Below are positions 24,850 through 33,263 of a stretch of DNA of 64,000 nt, piece after piece. The stretch covers positions 7,146 through 71,145 of the forward strand of contig CACZEK010000004.1 in NCBI GenBank assembly GCA_902780135.1, given 5' to 3'. A program made the position numbers and the translations under genes. Under the pieces are notes generated by a model. The model was not told where the DNA came from and made no database searches. It saw nothing but the letters and a program-made list of their open reading frames with translations. Position 1 is the first letter of the stretch; every line of letters starts with the position of its first letter. The DNA comes from an uncultured bacterium. GTDB taxonomy: Bacteria > Verrucomicrobiota > Lentisphaeria > Victivallales > UBA1829.

Positions 24850-27800
24850 ATGCCTGAACTGACGCAATACCCCGAGGCCGGAAAACATCTGCAGCGGTTC
24901 TGCGGGGATACCATTGAATTCGTGCTCACCGGATCCGAGCCCCTCGCCGGACGCGCGTTCCTCTGCACCAACATCGGAAATGCCGCCATCCGCCGCGACG
25001 AGATCATTCTCCATGCCGAAAGCCGGCTGAACCCGATCGGACAGGACTGGAACAACATCCCGATGCAGAGGACCGACGAGTATTCGTTCCGCGTCCGGCT
25101 TGCGCTTGCCGAGGTCGGCCATTTCGAGTGCAAATGCGGCATCGTGGACGACGACGGCAACACGGCGTGGGTCCGGGGCGACAATCTGCATCTGAACGTG
25201 ATCTCCGCCGACTACTGCGCCTCCAATACCGTCTACTGCGCGTTCGTCCGCCAGTTCGGCGCGAACAAGGCGCGTTCCGGCTCGGCGTTGCCGGACGGGC
25301 TGACGCAGGAAAGCATCGAAGCGCTCGACGGCGCCGGCTACTCCGTGATCCCGCCCGGCGGGACGTTCCGCGGCCTCATCCGCGAGCTCGACCACATCGT
25401 CGACCGCCTCAAATGCCGCATCATCCACCTGCTTCCGATCAATCCCGTCCCCACGACCTACGCCCGCATGGGGCGTTTCGGCAGTCCCTACGCCTCGCAG
25501 GACTTCACCGCGGTCGATCCCGCGCTGGCGGAGTTCGACACGAAGGCGTCGCCGCTGGAACAGTTCTTCGAGCTGGTCGACGCGGTCCACCGCAAAAACG
25601 CCTGCATCTTCCTCGACATCGCCATCAACCACACCGGCTGGGCGTCGAAGCTCCAGGAGGAGCATCCCGACTGGTTCGTGCGCCGGGACGACGGCACGTA
25701 CGTCTCGCCCGGCGCGTGGGGCATCACCTGGGGCGACCTGATTGAGCTCGACCACAAGAACCCGCCCCTCTGGAGCTACCTGGCGGACGTCTTCCTGACC
25801 TGGTGCCGCCGCGGCGTCGACGGATTCCGCTGCGACGCCGGATACATGATCCCGGAAGCCGCGTGGGAATACATCATCGCCACGGTGCGGCGCGAATTCC
25901 CGGACACGGTCTTCCTGCTGGAAGGGCTCGGCGGCGCGCCGGAAGTCACGCAGGCGCTGCTTGACCGCGCGAACATGGACTGGGCGTATTCCGAACTCTT
26001 CCAGAACTATTCCCGCCAGCAGATCGAAGGCTACCTGAACTACGCCTGGAACGAATCCTGCTCGAACGGCATCATGATCCATTACGCCGAGACGCACGAC
26101 AACAACCGTCTGGCGGCGTCCGGCGAACGCTACGCGATGCTCCGCACCGCGCTCAGCGCGCTGGCGTCCTCGTGCGGCGCGTTCGGGTTCACCAACGGCG
26201 TAGAGTGGTTCGCGACGGAAAAGGTCGACGTGCACCGGGACAGCGCGCTGAACTGGGGCGCGGACAGGAACCAGGTCGACTTCATCGCCCGCCTCAATAC
26301 CATTCTCGCCCTGCATCCGGCGTTCTTCAACGGCGCGTTCATCCGCTGCATCGACTCCGGTTCCCAGGACGCCGTGGTGCTGATCCGCACCAACCGGGAC
26401 GCGGAGCATTTCCTCCTCGCCGCCTTGAACCTGAACTGCGACCGCACCACGACCGTGGAATGGGACATCAGCTACGCCAGGTTTACGCGGGAGAAGATGT
26501 ACGACCTCATCTCCGGCCGCCGCATGGATATCCTGTTCATCCACGGAAACAAATGCAGCCTGCCGCTTTCGCCCGGCCAGGCGGTCTGCCTGACCCCGGA
26601 AGCCGACTGGCTCCCGAAGATCGAAAAGGCCGCCGCCTGCGGTCGCCTGGAATACGACCGCCTGGAGGAACAGCAGGCGGCCGCGTTCGTGCTCACGGCG
26701 CTGACCGCCAAGCGCAGGACCCCCGTGCTTGCCGACGACGACGTCCCCGCGCTCACGCGCCGCCTCCGCGAATCGCCGGAAGGCTTCCTGCAGGACATCT
26801 TCGACGACCGGCCGGAGATCCCCTTTGTGGTCTGGAACTGGCCGGCCGACCTTCGCCGCGAGATCATCATCGCGCCGGGCCGCTCGATCCTGGTGGCCGC
26901 GCCCGTGCGGTTCCGTTTCTTCATTTCCCGCGGCGACGGCCGCGTGATCGCCTCGGCCCGTTCGATCTCCTGCTCGGACGGGCGGTTCGTCTCCATCGTG
27001 CCGCCGCTGCCCGTGCCGGACAAGCCGACCGAGATGAAAGTGTCCATCTTCGTGTCCGAAGGCGACGACCTCCGCCGCGACACCGCCGCGCTGCTGCTCA
27101 TGCCGCCCGACATCGACAAGGCGGTCGTCTCCCTCAGCCGCGACGATTTCTTCCTGAAGGGGCGGACGTTCCTTCAGGCAAACGGACGCGGCGCCGCCGT
27201 GCATGTCTGCATCGAGTCGGGGCGCCTCCTCAGCCGTTACGACGCGATCATGCTGGCGAATCTCCATCCCGAGATCCCGGTCGACCGGCACATCATGTGG
27301 CGGCGGTTCCGCATGTGGATGATCTACCGCGCCAGACGCCAGATGATCACCAGCGGAATGATCGACCGGTTCCATATCGCGTCCGACGGCGGCGCGGTGT
27401 GGTATTTCAAGGTCCCCGTGGGGAACGCCCGCGTGGTCGGACTCATGCTCAAGCTCGCCATGATCCCGGACCGGAACGCCGTCCGGGCGTCGTTCCACCG
27501 GTACGCCTACACGGGATCCGGCGAGACGATCGCCGACGCCGAGTCCGTGCAGCTGATCATCAGCCCCGACCTGGAGGACCGCAATTTCCACTGCCTGACC
27601 AAGGCGTCCGAAGGCCCGCAGGACGCGTTCCCCGCCGCCATGGCGGAGTCCGCGCGCGGATTCGTGTTCAAGCCCGCCCCGGACCGCATTTTCCGCATGG
27701 CGGCGTCCGTCGGCACGTTCCGGCGTTCCGACGAATGGTCGTACATGAACTATCAGGAGAACGAGGCGGACCGCGGCCTTGATCCGAACTGCGACCTGTA

Positions 27801-29172
27801 CAGCCCCGGCTATTTCAAGTGCGCGCTGAACGGAAACGAAACGGTTCACCTGGTCGGGCAGATCATGACTTCCGAAGACGAGGAGAAGATCTCGCCCGTG
27901 CCGGAGGAAAAGCCGTGCTACGACCGGATGACCGACGACCTGCAGACCGTCATGCTGAACAGCCTGAAGGCGTTCGTCGTCAAGCGCGGCGGCCTCAAGA
28001 CCGTGATCGCCGGGTATCCGTGGTTCCTGGACTGGGGCCGCGACACGCTCATTTTCGTGCGCGGGCTGATGACGGAGCCGGCGTTCCACGAGGACGTCAA
28101 GCAAATTCTGCTTCAGTTCGCCTCGCTGGCGAAGGACGGGACCATCTGCAACATGATCGCCGGGACCGACACGGGAAACCGCGACACGTCCGACGCCCCG
28201 CTGTGGCTTTTCATCGGCGTGCGCGACATGTGCGCCGCGCTCGGCGGCAGGGATTTCCTGAAAACGAAGGTCGGGGACCGCGGGACGCTGCTGGACGTGC
28301 TCGTGGAGCTTGCCGAGGGGCTGGTCAAGGGCGCGCCGAACGGCATCGCGTGCGACCCGGAAAGCGGCCTCATCTTCAGCCCGGCGCATTTCACCTGGAT
28401 GGACACGAACTATCCCGCCGGAACGCCGCGCGAGGGCTATCCCGTCGAGATCCAGGCGCTCTGGTACGCCGCACTCCGGTTCCTCGCCGATTCGCTCCCC
28501 GAAAAGAAGGCCGCCCGCTGGGCGGAGCTTGCGGAACGCGTGAAAGAATCGTTCCTGAAGTATTTCCCGCTGAAGGACGAGGGCTATCTCTCCGACTGCC
28601 TCCACTGCGCGGCGGGGACTCCGGCGTCGAAGGCGGAGCCGGACGACCATCTCCGTCCGAACCAGCTGCTGGCGATCACGCTGGGGCTGGTCGAGGACAG
28701 GAAACTGCGGCGCACCATCCTCCTCAACACCTCCGAACTTCTCGTGCCCGGCGGCATCCGCAGCCTGGCGGACCGCCCCGTCAAATACCCGCTCCCGGTC
28801 TACGGCAGGGACGGCGCGCTGCTGAACGACCCGACGCACCCGTACCAGGGGCATTACTGCGGCGACGAGGATACCCGGCGCAAGGTGGCGTACCACAACG
28901 GCACCGCCTGGACGTGGCAGATGCCGCTCTTCCCGGAGGCGTACTATATCACGCACGGCGCATTCGGACGCGCCACCGCCATCAGCCTGCTGTCCTCCAT
29001 GGCGATCCAGCTGGACAACGGCTGCATCATGCACATGCCGGAGATCCTCGACGGCGACTGGCCCCACAAGCCGCGCGGCTGCGACGCCCAGGCATGGGGG
29101 CTCTCCGAATACTACCGCGTCTGGAAACTCCTTCACCCCGCTTCAAAATCCATCGGAAAAGACCATGAATGA
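24850..29172 (+). CDS. Large glucan-processing enzyme: GH13 (alpha-amylase superfamily) catalytic domain fused to an amylo-alpha-1,6-glucosidase (GDE C-terminal, GH133-like) domain
   Basis: GH13 regions I-IV are readable: DIAINH; GVDGFRCDAGYM; FLLEGLGG; YAETHDNN. C-terminal part: GYPWFLDWGRDTLI..DAPLW..FTWMDTNYPAGTPREGYPVEIQALWY..LRPNQL..YHNGTAWTW, typical of GDE_C. Confidence 0.85.
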   Translation: MPELTQYPEAGKHLQRFCGDTIEFVLTGSEPLAGRAFLCTNIGNAAIRRDEIILHAESRLNPIGQDWNNIPMQRTDEYSFRVRLALAEVGHFECKCGIVDDDGNTAWVRGDNLHLNVISADYCASNTVYCAFVRQFGANKARSGSALPDGLTQESIEALDGAGYSVIPPGGTFRGLIRELDHIVDRLKCRIIHLLPINPVPTTYARMGRFGSPYASQDFTAVDPALAEFDTKASPLEQFFELVDAVHRKNACIFLDIAINHTGWASKLQEEHPDWFVRRDDGTYVSPGAWGITWGDLIELDHKNPPLWSYLADVFLTWCRRGVDGFRCDAGYMIPEAAWEYIIATVRREFPDTVFLLEGLGGAPEVTQALLDRANMDWAYSELFQNYSRQQIEGYLNYAWNESCSNGIMIHYAETHDNNRLAASGERYAMLRTALSALASSCGAFGFTNGVEWFATEKVDVHRDSALNWGADRNQVDFIARLNTILALHPAFFNGAFIRCIDSGSQDAVVLIRTNRDAEHFLLAALNLNCDRTTTVEWDISYARFTREKMYDLISGRRMDILFIHGNKCSLPLSPGQAVCLTPEADWLPKIEKAAACGRLEYDRLEEQQAAAFVLTALTAKRRTPVLADDDVPALTRRLRESPEGFLQDIFDDRPEIPFVVWNWPADLRREIIIAPGRSILVAAPVRFRFFISRGDGRVIASARSISCSDGRFVSIVPPLPVPDKPTEMKVSIFVSEGDDLRRDTAALLLMPPDIDKAVVSLSRDDFFLKGRTFLQANGRGAAVHVCIESGRLLSRYDAIMLANLHPEIPVDRHIMWRRFRMWMIYRARRQMITSGMIDRFHIASDGGAVWYFKVPVGNARVVGLMLKLAMIPDRNAVRASFHRYAYTGSGETIADAESVQLIISPDLEDRNFHCLTKASEGPQDAFPAAMAESARGFVFKPAPDRIFRMAASVGTFRRSDEWSYMNYQENEADRGLDPNCDLYSPGYFKCALNGNETVHLVGQIMTSEDEEKISPVPEEKPCYDRMTDDLQTVMLNSLKAFVVKRGGLKTVIAGYPWFLDWGRDTLIFVRGLMTEPAFHEDVKQILLQFASLAKDGTICNMIAGTDTGNRDTSDAPLWLFIGVRDMCAALGGRDFLKTKVGDRGTLLDVLVELAEGLVKGAPNGIACDPESGLIFSPAHFTWMDTNYPAGTPREGYPVEIQALWYAALRFLADSLPEKKAARWAELAERVKESFLKYFPLKDEGYLSDCLHCAAGTPASKAEPDDHLRPNQLLAITLGLVEDRKLRRTILLNTSELLVPGGIRSLADRPVKYPLPVYGRDGALLNDPTHPYQGHYCGDEDTRRKVAYHNGTAWTWQMPLFPEAYYITHGAFGRATAISLLSSMAIQLDNGCIMHMPEILDGDWPHKPRGCDAQAWGLSEYYRVWKLLHPASKSIGKDHE

Positions 29173-30973
29173 CCTGACCCGCATCCGCAATTTCTCCATC
29201 ATAGCGCATATCGACCACGGGAAATCGACGCTTGCCGACCGCATGCTCGAGATCACCCACACGATCGAGAAACGCGACCTCGTCCACGCCCAGCTCCTGG
29301 ACGCCATGGACCTGGAGCAGGAACGCGGGATCACCATCAAGTCCCATCCCGTCCGCATGCTCTTCACCGCCTCAGACGGCCTCGAATACGAGCTGAACCT
29401 CATCGACACTCCCGGCCACGTGGATTTCTCCTACGAGGTGAGCCGTTCGCTCGCCGCCTGCGAGGGCGCGATCCTGGTGCTCGACGCCACGCAGGGCGTG
29501 CAGGCGCAGACCGTGGCGAACGTGAACCTCGCCATGCGCCACAACCTTTTCATCATCCCGATCATCAACAAGATCGACCTCGCCGCCGCCGACCTGCCGC
29601 TGTGCTACAACCAGCTGGAGGAGATCCTGGCGATTCCGCGCGAGGAGGTCCTGCTGGTGTCCGCGAAGGAGGGCACCGGCGTGCCGGAGCTGCTCGAAGC
29701 GATCGTGCAGCGCGTGCCGCCGCCGAAAAAGCCCGCGGAAACCGGGACCGCCGCGCTGATCTTCGACTCCATCTACGACGCCTACCGCGGCGTGGTGACG
29801 TACGTCCGCATGTTCAACGGCAGCCTGTCGCGCGGAAGCCGCCTCAAAATGTTCAGCACCGGCCTGGAAAGCGAGATCAAGGAAGTCGGCGTCTTCACGC
29901 CCGAGATGAAGCCCATGCCGGAGCTTGAGGCGGGGGACGTCGGATACATCATCCCGAACCTGAAGTCGCCCGCCGACGCGAAGATGGGCGACACGATCAC
30001 CGACGCCGCCGCGCCCTGCGCCGAGCCTCTGCCCGGATTCCAGGACGTGAAGCCCATGGTCTTCAGCGGCATCTACCCCATCGACACCGCCGACTACGAA
30101 CAGCTCAAGTTCAGCATGGCGAAGCTCCAGCTCAACGACCCGGCGTTCCACTACCAGTCCGAAACGTCCGCCGCCCTCGGCTTCGGGTTCCGCTGCGGAT
30201 TCCTCGGACTCCTCCACATGGAGATCGTGCAGGAACGCCTCCGCCGCGAGTACAACATGGACATCATCGCCACCTATCCGAGCGTGATCTACCACGTGTA
30301 CCTCCGCAACGGCGACATGCTGAAGATCGACAACCCGGTGCATCTGCCCGACCCCGCCGAGATCGACCACATCGAGGAGCCGCTCATCAACGCCCACATC
30401 ATGTCCCCCACCGAGTACATCGGCGACATCATGAACCTGGTGATGAACAAGCGCGGCATCTGCACGAACACGGAGAGCATCGACGCCAACCACGTGATGA
30501 TCACCGCCTGCATCCCCATGCACGAGATCCTGATCGACTTCCACGACCGCCTCAAATCCATCACGCGCGGCTACGGCAGCCTCGACTACGAGCCCGCCGG
30601 CTGGCAGACCGAAAAGCTCGTGAAGCTCGACATCCTCGTGAACGGCGAGCCGGTCGACGCCTTCGCCAGCATCGTCCACTCCGACCACGCCTACGCCCGC
30701 GGCCGCGAGATCGCCGAACGCCTCGCCGAGGTCATCCCGCCGCAGATGTTCCAGATCGCCATCCAGGCCGCCGTCGGCGGCAAGGTCATCGCCCGCGAGA
30801 CCGTCCGCCAGCTGCGGAAAAACGTGCTGGCGAAGTGCTACGGCGGCGACATCACCCGCAAGCGCAAACTGCTGGAAAAACAGAAGGAAGGCAAGAAGCG
30901 CATGAAGCAGATCGGGCGCGTCAATATCCCGCAGGAGGCGTTCATCGCCGTCCTGAAGAACAACGAGCAGTGA
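29165..30973 (+). CDS. lepA: Elongation factor 4
   Basis: IRNFSIIAHIDHGKSTLADR..DTPGHVDF..NKIDL, plus a LepA-specific C-terminus. 8-nt overlap with the preceding gene. Confidence 0.97.
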   Translation: MNDLTRIRNFSIIAHIDHGKSTLADRMLEITHTIEKRDLVHAQLLDAMDLEQERGITIKSHPVRMLFTASDGLEYELNLIDTPGHVDFSYEVSRSLAACEGAILVLDATQGVQAQTVANVNLAMRHNLFIIPIINKIDLAAADLPLCYNQLEEILAIPREEVLLVSAKEGTGVPELLEAIVQRVPPPKKPAETGTAALIFDSIYDAYRGVVTYVRMFNGSLSRGSRLKMFSTGLESEIKEVGVFTPEMKPMPELEAGDVGYIIPNLKSPADAKMGDTITDAAAPCAEPLPGFQDVKPMVFSGIYPIDTADYEQLKFSMAKLQLNDPAFHYQSETSAALGFGFRCGFLGLLHMEIVQERLRREYNMDIIATYPSVIYHVYLRNGDMLKIDNPVHLPDPAEIDHIEEPLINAHIMSPTEYIGDIMNLVMNKRGICTNTESIDANHVMITACIPMHEILIDFHDRLKSITRGYGSLDYEPAGWQTEKLVKLDILVNGEPVDAFASIVHSDHAYARGREIAERLAEVIPPQMFQIAIQAAVGGKVIARETVRQLRKNVLAKCYGGDITRKRKLLEKQKEGKKRMKQIGRVNIPQEAFIAVLKNNEQ

Positions 30974-30982
30974 GGTCGTCCC

Positions 30983-32239
30983 GTGAGCTTCCTTGAGGCA
31001 TTCTGGCGGAAGCGGTCCAACCGCAAGCTCCACCGCGAAATCGTCTCCTCCGTGCGCCACACGCTCGCGGAGGACGACGACATCCTGTCGGACGAGGAGA
31101 AGGTGCGTCTTGAGGAGTTTGCCCGGGCCGCCGACGACGCGAAGTCGAATCCCGACCCGGCGGAAAGCGCCGAAGCGCTGAAAAACGTCGCGCAGGAGTA
31201 CGCGGCGTATTCCGGACGGTCCACGTTCAAGGCGTGGATGTGCTCCGTGCTTGACGTGCTCGCCGTGGCGTTCGGCGTGGCGTTCGGACTGCGCGCGCTG
31301 TTCGTCCAGCCCTTCCAGATCCCGACCAGCAGCATGCAGCCGACCCTGTTCGGCATCCATTACATCGACCGCGAGGCGTCCGCCCCGTACCGCAACGCCT
31401 TCGTGAAACTCTGCACCCCGCTCGGCGCGTCCGACGCGAAGATCGTTTCGCCGCGCGACTTCGCGATGGTGGAATCCGACCCGGTCCCGGTCGTCCGGCC
31501 GTGGCTTTCGCTCATCCCGTCGCTGCTGCATCCGGGCGATCTCTACCGCACCGGCTCCGTCCTCCGGTTCGGCGGCGAGAATTTCCTGCTGCCGGGCGCC
31601 GACCCCCGCGACAACATCTTCCGGTATCTGCCGGAGGATCCCCGGATGCGCCCGTACCGGCAGGGCGAAACGGTGTTCGACGGCTGGGTTTCCTCCGGCG
31701 ACCATCTCTTCGTCGACCGCGTCTCCATCCACTTCAAACCGCTCAAACGCGGCGAGGTGTTCGTGTTCAATACGGAGGGGCTGTACTCGTCGCACGGGAC
31801 GCCGCTGACCGGCTATTACTACATCAAGCGCCTCGCCGGACTGCCCGGCGACACGCTCCGCATCCAGGACGGACACCTTTACATCCGGCCGAAGAACGAG
31901 AATACGTTCCGTCCGGCGGAATGGTTCAACCCGGCGTTCTGCAAGGTGTATTCCGGGCTGGGCGGCTACCAGGGGCATCACGGCATGGGCCGTCTGGAGG
32001 AAGGCGTGGAATTCACCGTGCCCGACGACTGCTGTTTCGCGCTCGGCGACAACACCGCGAACAGCCTGGACAGCCGCGACTGGGGACCGCTCCCCGTCAG
32101 GAACATCATCGGGCGCGCGCTTTTCGTCTTCTGGCCGGTTTCGCGCCGCGTCGGCGCGGTCGACCGTCAGTATCCGATCCAGGTCCCGACCGAGTATCCG
32201 CCGTCCTCCACGCAGCCGACGGCGATGAATCTGCAGTAA
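30983..32239 (+). CDS. lepB: Signal peptidase I (GTG start)
   Basis: IPTSSMQPTL (catalytic Ser box), GDHLFVDR, YIKRLAGLPGD, GDNTANSLDSRDWG. Follows lepA, the classic arrangement. Confidence 0.9.
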   Translation: MSFLEAFWRKRSNRKLHREIVSSVRHTLAEDDDILSDEEKVRLEEFARAADDAKSNPDPAESAEALKNVAQEYAAYSGRSTFKAWMCSVLDVLAVAFGVAFGLRALFVQPFQIPTSSMQPTLFGIHYIDREASAPYRNAFVKLCTPLGASDAKIVSPRDFAMVESDPVPVVRPWLSLIPSLLHPGDLYRTGSVLRFGGENFLLPGADPRDNIFRYLPEDPRMRPYRQGETVFDGWVSSGDHLFVDRVSIHFKPLKRGEVFVFNTEGLYSSHGTPLTGYYYIKRLAGLPGDTLRIQDGHLYIRPKNENTFRPAEWFNPAFCKVYSGLGGYQGHHGMGRLEEGVEFTVPDDCCFALGDNTANSLDSRDWGPLPVRNIIGRALFVFWPVSRRVGAVDRQYPIQVPTEYPPSSTQPTAMNLQ

Positions 32240-32317
32240 AAACTCCGCCGGACGTCCCGAAACCGTTCCGCATTTCACTTTTTCAAAAAAAAACTCGAAA
32301 AAAGTCCTTTCCGCCTG

Positions 32318-32346
32318 TTGATTTTTGCACGGAAAGGGGCTATAGT
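32318..32346 (+). promoter_or_regulatory. Candidate promoter of histone-like gene
   Basis: TTGATT-N17-TATAGT. Implies a leader of about 190 nt. Confidence 0.4.
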
Positions 32347-32540
32347 AACGTAGATTTCAGGAACCGGATCCTGTTCCCGGCGGACAGATCAATCGCAATT
32401 CATTTGAAATCAGCGGAAACTGTTTATTTATGACAAACGGCGCGATGCCGGGCGTCCGGAAAACGGTTCCGGCGGTTTCGATGCGCTGCGGCCCTCCGGC
32501 CTTCCGGCCCTAAAACATCAACGTGAATCGGAGCAAAAAC

Positions 32541-33050
32541 ATGAAAGAGATCTTCTGTGATGGCGTAGCACGTGTCATCTTATCCCGCGGACTTGTTACC
32601 ATTGACTTTTTCCACCTTGTTTATGAGGGAGACGGTCATAAGCCCGTTCCTTTTTTGACCCTTACAATCCCCTTGCGGGGCGTCCTGGACATGGTTGATC
32701 TGGGCGACAGAGTCATGGAGCATATGACCAAACTCGGATTGCTCGTAAACATTCCCGTCAACCCGGCTCCGGCGAAGAAGGCGGCTCCGGCGAAGAAGGC
32801 GGAATCCAAGCCCGCCGCGAAGTCCGCCGCTCCGGCGAAGAAGGCCGCCCCGGCGAAGAAGGCGGAATCCAAGCCCGCCGCGAAACCCGCCCCGGCTCCG
32901 GCGAAGAAGGCGGAATCCAAGCCCGCCGCGAAACCCGCCCCGGCTCCGGCGAAGAAGGCGGCTCCGGCGAAGAAGGCGGAATCCAAGCCCGCCGCGAAGC
33001 CCGCCGCTCCCGCGAAAAAGCCCGCAAAGGGAAAGAAGCCCGCGAAATAA
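32541..33050 (+). CDS. Small protein with globular N-domain and histone H1-like Lys/Ala/Pro repeat tail
   Basis: MKEIFCDGVARVILSRGLVTIDFFHL.. (about 75 aa), then 4x APAKKAESKPAAK-type repeats ending KKPAKGKKPAK. GGAG SD. An alternative GTG start lies at 32523. Confidence 0.8.
   Translation: MKEIFCDGVARVILSRGLVTIDFFHLVYEGDGHKPVPFLTLTIPLRGVLDMVDLGDRVMEHMTKLGLLVNIPVNPAPAKKAAPAKKAESKPAAKSAAPAKKAAPAKKAESKPAAKPAPAPAKKAESKPAAKPAPAPAKKAAPAKKAESKPAAKPAAPAKKPAKGKKPAK
32764..33020 (+). repeat. Imperfect nested tandem DNA repeats encoding the AKKA/ESKPAAK tail
   Basis: CCGGCGAAGAAGGCGGAATCCAAGCCCGCCGCGAA recurs four times, interleaved with GCTCCGGCGAAGAAGGC. Confidence 0.9.
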
Positions 33051-33086
33051 TCCGGGCGGATCCCGTTTCCTCGCAGCTTCCTTTCA

Positions 33087-33147
33087 CAGACAGGGGCCCC
33101 GTTTGAGAGCCTCTGTCTGTCCGTCTTCGCGCGCGAGCGCGTTTTTT
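33087..33147 (+). terminator. Two consecutive terminator hairpins after the histone-like gene
   Basis: CAGACAGGGG..CCTCTGTCTG, then CGCGC-GCGA-GCGCG followed by TTTTTT. Confidence 0.65.
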
Positions 33148-33159
33148 GCAAAAAAAGCC

Positions 33160-33188
33160 TTGACAACGGGGCGATTTTGTAGTATATT
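33160..33188 (+). promoter_or_regulatory. Candidate promoter of PFOR gene
   Basis: TTGACA-N17-TATATT, a consensus -35. Confidence 0.6.
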
Positions 33189-33190
33189 AA

Positions 33191-33205
33191 GAGAATATAA
33201 TTCTC
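33191..33205. promoter_or_regulatory. 6-3-6 palindrome at predicted +1 of PFOR promoter (candidate operator)
   Basis: GAGAAT-ATA-ATTCTC, starting 3 nt after the -10 hexamer. Confidence 0.3.
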
Positions 33206-33263
33206 CCAAATCATATATAGCGTTATTGCTAGACTTAACCCAAACCAGCAAAGGAAAACTCAA

